Shown piece by piece: positions 1-7,169 of a DNA stretch of 12,835 bases. The first letter of the stretch is position 1; each line of letters begins with the position of its first letter. The position numbers were made by a program, and so were the translations under genes. Below the pieces are notes generated by a model, which had not been told where the DNA came from, ran no database searches, and was given only the letters and a program-made list of their open reading frames with translations. This stretch comes from Azolla caroliniana. Taxonomy: Eukaryota > Plantae > Polypodiophyta. The stretch is taken from contig JBHGNT010001029.1 in NCBI GenBank assembly GCA_043228905.1, positions 1 to 12,835 on the forward strand. Reading direction: 5' to 3'.

Positions 1-120
1 CCCCTAGTTTGGGGCTTTCCACGTAAACCTCCTATGTATTCTCTCCTTCTTTGTGTCGCGTTTTATTTCCCGTTTTCTGTGTATCACTCTAAGCTCGGTT
101 GTGGCCGAGCATTGCGCATA
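1..120 (+). mobile_element. 3' (U5) end of a copia-type LTR (3' or solo LTR), truncated by the window edge
   Basis: GGGGCTTTCCACGTAAAC...CTCGGTTGTGGCCGA aligns by eye with the reverse complement of the 1621-1760 LTR end (AGGGTTTTCCATGTAAAC...CTCGGTTTTGGCCGA). No PBS follows. The terminal CA is degenerate, so the boundary is only good to a few bp. Confidence 0.65.
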
Positions 121-121
121 A

Positions 122-1064
122 GGAACGTTGAGTTCCCGTCAAATCCAACCGCGCGCCGGATCTCTCCTCTTCCTCCACCATCACCTTTAGAGCCTCGTAC
201 GCTTCCCGAACTAGGGCCTCGACATCGATCTTCGTCGTTCCATCTCGTTGCATGTCTGCTCCCTGTTGTGATTACGTGTTGTCACGTGTCATCTTCCCTT
301 TTCCTTTTGCAGACCGCTCCTCATCCAACTGTTGGCATACTCATTCGACTTTCGACCAGTCCTTGGTAAGGCCATTCACCCCATCGTCATCTTCGAGCTC
401 GATTCCGATGGCCTCCCATTCCGCTCGATTGATCGACCTGACGAACAACAGGACTTTGTCCACCCCCACCAGTCTTTGTTCCTGCTCCGAGAGCCGAGCA
501 AGCCGCCGCTCAAACTATTGGAACACCTTCGTTCCGCCCCGATGGATCTTTGTCGATGCTACCCATTGGTTGGAGTCACGTCGCCCCCTGCTTTTGGATC
601 ATCCTCTGTATGCCTGCAGGAGCACCCCTTCGAAGGTCTCCCACGAATTATGAGCTTCTCGAAGCTCCTTTACTTCCATGTACCTCTGGTCCACTACGAA
701 CCGACAGAAGAACTCCTCAAACCTCCATCTCCCCGTTTACGCCTCGGACCTCCATCTCTGCGTTGTAGGCTTCCTAATAGAATGGGACTTTGTCCCCATT
801 GAAACGGCCAACTTGTTCGACCACACACCTGACATCTTGTTGTGTTGCTTCTCGTCTCATCGTCACTCGTCCGAACTCCCTCACCACTTCAGCCACCATC
901 TCCACGAAGTCATCGTCTTCCAAATCCATCCTCCCTTGCCGCCCTTTCACATCGGGTTCACCAAAGATGTCGTGGAATTCCGCGGGTACGTGTCAAAAAG
1001 GGGGCAGGACGACGGGGGTCTCGGACGAGGAAGAGATGGATACCGGGAGACACACTCTCTCCAT
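122..1064 (-). pseudogene. gag: Decayed Ty3/gypsy-type gag (capsid-like) ORF
   Basis: Manual minus-strand translation from ATG 1064 gives MERVCLP...VGRFNGDKVPFY*EAYNAEMEVRGV / EFFCRFVV...EVKELREAHNSWETFEGVLLQAY...FERRLARLSEQEQRLVGVDKVLLFVRSI...LEDDDGVNGLTKDWSKV. The F-x-G and W-x-x-F-x-x-x-L patterns are typical of retrotransposon Gag. It has several stops and one frameshift near 720, and is absent from the ORF track. Confidence 0.7.
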
Positions 1065-1124
1065 GCCCGGCGGCACCGGATGCAGCACAAACCGGAGCGA
1101 ATCCAGATGCATACCAAAGGCTAC

Positions 1125-1130
<6 letters not shown>

Positions 1131-1160
<30 letters not shown>
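1131..1160. repeat. (AG)15 microsatellite, read as (CT)15 in the gag leader
   Basis: Perfect dinucleotide run. Confidence 0.97.
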
Positions 1161-1161
<1 letters not shown>

Positions 1162-1335
1162 ACACGCACAACACCGACTCAACACACGCCTCTTATGCAC
1201 AGGAAATGGGAAGAAAGAAACGCACCTGACACCAACAGAGGCACAAATATACACAACCTTTTATAGTGTATTAACAAGACAGCAAGATACAACTTCGGCT
1301 CCGAGCCAGACCTAGGTAGATAAGGTTACGCCAGT

Positions 1336-1620
1336 TGTCTGTTGTCAAGTCACTGGTCAAGGAGCTCTCGGGCTCGTCGCGCCGAGGGGGGTCTTGCACA
1401 GGAGGCAAAGTTAAAACGAAACCACTAGTACATGTGGGCTCTCAACCAGACTAAACCCTAAACAAACACTAAGAAGACCTAAAAGAAACCCTAAAGAAAG
1501 AAAGAAGAAGAGAAAACTACCAACCCTAGATGTAACGGTATACCCTCCTAACTCAAAATAGGAAACCCTTCATAAGAGCCCCTTCCTCTCCTTTTATAGT
1601 CCAAGGAGGTAAGGACGTTG
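1336..1620 (-). mobile_element. Probable 3' part of the 5' LTR of the gag-bearing gypsy-like element, interrupted by the copia insertion
   Basis: The minus strand reads ACTATAAAAGG (TATA, ~1590-1600), then a T/C-rich tract ending ...CAACAGACA, followed by AC-TGGCGTAACC (PBS-like geometry at 1321-1333). The matching tRNA was not recognised. Confidence 0.45.
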
Positions 1621-2119
1621 TGTTGAATAGCGGTCGGCCAAAACCGAGACTCGGACACTTAATGGAAGAACAAAACTAGAAATGGAGGTTAATACACTTA
1701 CACGGAAGAGACAACACAGGATGTTTACATGGAAAACCCTAACAAGGAAAAACCACGGGAGCCCACAGACTCCAACTATCACTATATGACAAAGGAGGTA
1801 CAACAGGAGACTTAGCGGCAATGACCTCGAGCTCTATGTCTTCGCCAACCGGCCGTTACAACAAAACTCGTTCTCTCTCTCTCTCTCTCTATACAATAGA
1901 ATGAAGATAACTACCTCTACCTAAGATGATTGCCCTAAGTTATATTTATACTTATATGGCTTTAGGACTATTTACAATTATAGGCATGACAAACCCATTA
2001 GAAACATATTTACGTATGTGTCCCTATTTCTGGTTCACACCGGATCCGGATCCGGTTCATCTGATCTGGTCCTCTTGATCCTCATCCAGATCCCATCCGG
2101 AGGGACCGAAATCCCAACA
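1621..2119 (-). repeat. Copia 3' LTR (499 bp)
   Basis: Termini are TGTTG...CAACA and it directly follows the PPT. It has TATAAATA at ~1943-1950 (-), the conserved CCCGTGGTTTTTCC...GGGTTTTCCATGTAAA motif, and an internal (CT)9 at 1873-1890. Confidence 0.88.
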
Positions 2120-2132
2120 ATCTCCCCCTTCA
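2120..2132 (-). other. Polypurine tract of the copia element
   Basis: Minus strand reads TGAAGGGGGAGAT immediately before the LTR start TGTTGG and overlaps the RNase H stop codon. Confidence 0.92.
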
Positions 2133-5100
2133 CTCCGGCATGGGATGTCTCGTTAGTACAATTCGTCTCCGACACGCATCCAGCTTGTCGGCTGAAAGCA
2201 CCTTGGCCAGCATGTCCAACCCGTTCTCCTCCATGTGGATCTTCGTTAGCACGAAGTCTTGATCTTCTACTCTATCCCGAATCCAGTTGTACTTGCGTTG
2301 GATGTATTTCGTCCGGGAATGGTAGGTCACATTCTTCGCAAGGTGGATGGCACTTTGACTATCGCAATAGAGCCGGAATTCCTCCTGTAGGATCCCTAAT
2401 TCTCCAATGAAGTCCTTCATCCAGATTATCTCCTTGCTAGCTTCCACCTCCATCGTTGACAGTGCAACGGACTTCTGCAGCCTCGACTACCACGATACGT
2501 CTCCCCCTACATAAGTCATGACATAACCGGATGTAGTCCGGCTGATGTTTGCATCAGCCGACATAACCGAATCCATGAATCTGTCGAGTTGGGGTTTACC
2601 TAAGCCAAACCGAAGGCACAGGTTCAATGTGCCTTTCAAGTACCAGAGGATCCACTTGACGGTTGCCCAATGTTCTCTACCCGGATTGCTCATGAACCGG
2701 CTGACTACTCCGACAGCATATCCAATATCCAGTCGGGTGCACACCATTGCATACATTAAGCTTTTGAAGGCAAAGGCATATGGTATCTTCATCATATCCG
2801 ACTTCTCTGCCTTTGTCTTGGGGCTTTGCTTTCCGGACAGGTTGTAATTTGCCAAAAGTGTTGATCCAACCAGCGTCGCATCCAACATGTTGAACCGTTT
2901 AAGCACCTTTGTCACGTACTTCTCCTATGACAGCCATAGTAATTTCTTTGACCGGTCCCGGATTATGTGCATCCCCAGTATCTGTCTTGCCGGACCCAAA
3001 TCTTTCATTGAGAAGGTTTGGTTCAAAACCTTCTTCAGATTTCCGATTTTGGTTCGCTCCAGTCTAACGATCAACATGTCATCTACATACAATAGGAGTA
3101 TCAGGAAGTCAGCTCCGTTAAATTTCTTCACGAACACACAATGATCGGCTTGCATCTTGTGGTACCCTTGGTCGATCATGAAGGAGTCGAACTTCCGGTA
3201 CCATTGTTGGGGAGGTTGCTTCAGTCGGTATAAGCTCTCCTTCAACCGGCACACCAGGTGCTCCTTCCCTTTCTTCTCAAATCCTTCCGGTTGTTGCATG
3301 TAGATCTCTTCTTGGAGGTCGTCATGTAGGAATGTTGTCTTGACGTCCAGTTTCTCTACCTCGAGGTCCATGCTTGCCACTATGCTCAACATTGTCCGGA
3401 TGGATGTCATCTTTACTACCAGGGCAAAGATTTCGTTGAAATCCACTCCTTTCTTCTGTTGAAAACCCTTCACCATGATCTGGGCCTTGTACCTCGATGG
3501 ATTTCCGGCGTCTCCCAGTTTCAGCTTGTACACCCACTTGTTCCGGAGTGCCCTCTTTCCTTTCGGCAACTCCATCAGTTCGTGTGTGGTTCTCATATAG
3601 AGAATCCATCTCGTCCTGCATGGCACTCAACCACTTGCAGTTGTGGGTGTCTTTCTTTGCTTCTTCAAAGCTTTCTGGCTCCCCCTCATTGGTCAACAAA
3701 TATGTGCTCTGCATCCGGAAATCTGTGGGGGCCCTTCTCTCTCTGAGAGGGTATCTCCATCCTTGGTCTTCAACAACCGGTTCCTTCGTTTGTTCTTCAT
3801 CCAAATCCAATTTAGGGTCTTGATCTGTTTCAGTGTCCAAAACTTCTTCCCAGTAGGTTTGGATTCTTGTCCGACTCCGACCGGTTCTTTGAGTGTCGTC
3901 CGGCTCCCAGCCGGATGAGTCCTTATGTCTTTTGACTGATCTCTGTCGGTCAATCCGAAGTCTGTTATCTTCTTCTCCAACTCCCAGTCGGAAATAGTCT
4001 TGTGTTCCATGAAGACTATGTCTCAACTCCAGAACACCTTCTTGTTGACCAAGTCCCACACTCGGTAGCTGAACTCATCATTGCTATATCCAAGGAATAT
4101 GCATGGCTAGGATTTTGTATCCAATGTCGCACTCTTGTCCTTTGCTACATGCACATAAGCGAGACACCCGAACACCTTCAAATGCCGGTAGGACACATCT
4201 TTTCTAGTCCATACTCTCTGCGGTGTGTCTCTGTCCAAGAGTGGTGAGGGATATCTGTTTATCATGTAGGTCATTGTCATCAACGCCTCATCCCAAAACG
4301 TCTTGGGTAACATTGCATACACAAGCATGCTCTGGACTCTCTCCATCATGGTCCAGTTCATCCATTCGGCCAATCTGTTTATTTCCGGTGTCTTCGGCAT
4401 GGTAAATTCGAGACGGATTCCCTTCGATCAGTAGTACTCCTTGAACTGCCCCCAGTATTTACCTATCTTATCTGCTCAAACCACCTTCAGCTTCCAATCG
4501 ATTTCTCTTTCCACTCTCGCGTGGAGCTCTTTGAAGACAGACAACACTTGGTCCTTCATCTTCAATGGTGATACCCACAACTTCTAGTTGTGGTCATCTA
4601 TGAACGTCATGAAGTACTACGATCTGGCATGTGACTTCATGTCCACTTGACACACATCGGTATGCACCAGCTCCACACGGTGCATTCCGTCTCATCGGTG
4701 GCCTTGTTCAGAAGGAGGTTCGGTTTTGCTTGCCGGTTAGGCAGTCAGTGCACTTCTCAAGCTGCATGTCCTTCATCTCCGGAAAGAGGTTGTCCTCGGC
4801 AAGTCTCTACATCCCCTTCTGGCTCGTGTGACACAACCTCTTGTGCCACAGCTCACCGACAATGTCGGATACTACGTTCACTTCTTCCTGGCATATCCAA
4901 GCATGCATCAAATATGTGTGTTGATATTTCAGGCTCGAGCCACAATCAGGCTTCCCTTGCTGAACTTCATGACTCCGTTCTGCATGTTACCCGTGTAGCC
5001 TTCATCATCTAGTCGACTGGCTAATATCAGGTTCAACCGAACCTCCGAAACATGTCGGATATCCTTTGGCAATAGCTTGCATCCGGTTGATGTCTTCAAC

Positions 5101-5224
5101 CACACATCTCCTATGCCAACAATTCAGCATGACCCTTCATTCCCCATTTGGAAACAGTCAAGATCTCCGGCATTGTAGGACAAGAAGCATTTCCGGCCCG
5201 GTGTCAGGTGGAACGATGCTCCGG
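2130..5224 (-). pseudogene. pol: Copia pol (PR C-part, integrase, reverse transcriptase, RNase H), fragmented
   Basis: Motifs include GASFHLTP (PR), ELWHKRLCH...KCTDC (IN zinc finger), TPEINRLAEWMNWTMMERVQSML (IN core), HLKVFGCLAYVHV, LDVKTTFLH, LLLYVDDMLI (RT) and DSQSAIHLAKN..HSRTKYI (RH). Many stops and frameshifts split it into the listed minus-strand ORFs. Confidence 0.95.
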
Positions 5225-6389
5225 TGTCGTGAAGGTTTTCGGCGATAGTGTGAAACTTGTGAGGAACATACGAAATCGAGTGTGGTTCTTCTCACAAAAT
5301 ATAAAACAATAATATTGAAGATACTATTTTAAATCATTTTAATATCTTGGTACAAAAAGATGGAGGTCTTGAAGAGCTTTTGAATGCACTTTGCTACATA
5401 ACAAATGGACATCTAAGTGTCAAGTTATGTGGGTATAAAGTTTGCAAAGAAAAATAAAAAAATAAAAATTTGTGAGATATCCCACATAGACAAGACAAAT
5501 AAGGATCTCACCCTATATAATGCAGAGCAAAAGCTATTATCTTTGTGTCTATATGTGGAGAATAGAAAGGATGAGTTGAATGACTTGATGATTGAATGTA
5601 GCCTAGTTCATTGGTTTTGGGTGGCGACGGAGCCGAAACCGGACGGACAGACGGCAACGGAACCGGACAGACAGACGGAACCTCGGGATGCAGACCGAAC
5701 CGACTCGGGATGCGTCAACTGGCGACGGAATCGGCAACCGGCAACCGGCAACTGACTGGTGTCGGCAAACTCGGTTACTGGCATCCGGCGACCTCGGGAT
5801 GTGGACTGAACCGGGCTAGACCGAATGGATGCAAATCAGATGGATCGGTCGGGTCGGTTGATCGCGGTGCATGGTGTTTTAAGTATAGTTGGTCTAAAAG
5901 CCTAATAGTATTTTGTGCTTTAAAAGGGATGTAAGCAAGACTTGAACCTTACACCTCCAAGATAGGAGGCAATAGACTTACCAGTATGTTATGTCATTTC
6001 TTAGAAATGTTTTTTTTATCATTATAGTTTTACATTCCATGCATCACATGCATGTCTTGTACCCTCACATATATCATATGCATGGGAGCATCTATAAAAG
6101 GGTGGATGAAAAAGATCAAAGGGGGCGATGTATTAATCAAGAAAATAAAAAGTAAGAAATTCGTTATCCAATTGATGTATCAATCTTGTTCTTCAAATCT
6201 AAAGTCAAAAGTTCAATCTTAATCTCTCTCAATCTAAAGTCAAGTGTTCTATCTTATCTCAATCTCTCTCTCTTTCAATCTATCTTAATTCCTTTCTCGC
6301 TAAAGCTAGTGCAAACTTCGAGTCCTTCCAGTCTAGGACCCCGGCGGTTCCAACTCACAATCTGCACGTAGTGATGGATCTTCACGACA
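5225..6389 (+). mobile_element. Solo LTR (1165 bp), probably gypsy-type, antisense to the copia host
   Basis: Perfect 10-bp inverted termini TGTCGTGAAG...CTTCACGACA. The flanks CCGG and CCAG form a 4-bp TSD with one mismatch. Removing it restores the copia reading WVVDSGASFH. TATAAAA lies at 6093-6099 on +, and there is no coding remnant. Confidence 0.88.
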
Positions 6390-6633
6390 CCAGAATCGAC
6401 AACCCACATTGCCTCGTCGCCGACAAGGTTTAACTCATTCTCCTCGGTGATGAGCAGTAGTTCTTCTTCACTTGTCGCGATCGTCGGCGTTCCTTTCCGA
6501 TTCGGACCTCTCCGGTCCGATCCATTTCAGTCCAAACTCTTCTTTGAATCGGTGGTGTCAGCCCCTTTGTCTTTCCGGAAGTGTCGGCGGTTCTTTTGGA
6601 AGTGCCCCGGCTTCCCGCAGTAGAAGCACATGG
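6390..6633 (-). pseudogene. gag: Copia Gag zinc knuckle and protease N-part
   Basis: CFYCGKPGHFQKN(R) is a degenerate CX2CX4HX4C knuckle, followed by NLVGDEAMWVVDS leading into the protease motif. Confidence 0.9.
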
Positions 6634-7162
6634 TGTCACGGACAAGTATAATAGAGCAAAGAGAACACAAGAAAAGAACACAAGAGAGAGGAAAAGAACA
6701 AGAACTCAACTTATAGAATCCGTAACTGGTGTTGTTCACCTGGATTAGTGTTGTATGTATGGCTGGACTAGCCGCAACACAGGTGTCTATCCGACACTTC
6801 TCCAAAGGGGTGGTAGGGATAGGATGTTAATACACGCGTATGATAATTACACTTAAGCACAGACGAAGACAAGATTAATCAGCATAAGCAAAACTATATT
6901 AATTCTTCGCGCTTTCATTACAAAACATCGGATCCTTTTATAGGCATCCGGCCAGATTACAATCGGTGCTCGGTAGGCAACCGTTAACCGAAACCGAATC
7001 GGTTCGGATCCGGATCGGTTACAACTACCGGATCCGTCCCTCCTAATAATTCTATTCCTATTTCTATATTTATCCGATCCGACCTTGCTTTCCCATTTGC
7101 CTTCTCTGACCGGCCAACACATGGCACGCCCGTGGGAAAGTGCATTGCACTTCGAACCCACA
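6634..7162 (-). repeat. Gypsy 3' LTR (~529 bp)
   Basis: Copia homology stops abruptly at TGTCACGG (6634), and CCTATAAAAGG lies at ~6934-6944 (-). The inner end is inferred at TGTGGG (7162), after the purine-rich GAAGGAAGACTGAAG, and is less certain. Confidence 0.7.
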
Positions 7163-7169
7163 GCCGGCT

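Larger units (their letters stand above)
1621..6633 (-). mobile_element. Ty1/copia LTR retrotransposon, Tnt1-like, decayed; its 5' part is displaced by a gypsy insertion
   Basis: The minus-strand domain order is Gag zinc knuckle, PR, GAG-pre-integrase, IN, RT, RH, PPT, LTR, which is the copia order. Confidence 0.95.

Noticed and set aside
1101-1116. Alternative PBS TGGTATGCATCTGG (minus), resembling the tRNA-Met(i) PBS
   Set aside because: Only six bases match TGGTATCAGAGC and there is no adjacent LTR-terminal CA.
34-1315. Plus-strand ORFs (111-183 aa)
   Set aside because: They are antisense shadows of the decayed gag and microsatellite translations (RERERE), with no recognisable domains.
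5620-5865. CRISPR-like array or coding ORFs 5417..5755 and 5611..5934
   Set aside because: The short repeats are irregular with no constant repeat-spacer period, the context is a eukaryotic LTR, and the ORFs are repeat-derived.
5225-6389. MITE or DNA transposon
   Set aside because: TG...CA ends, TATA and U3/R/U5-like layout, size and short TSD fit a solo LTR better.
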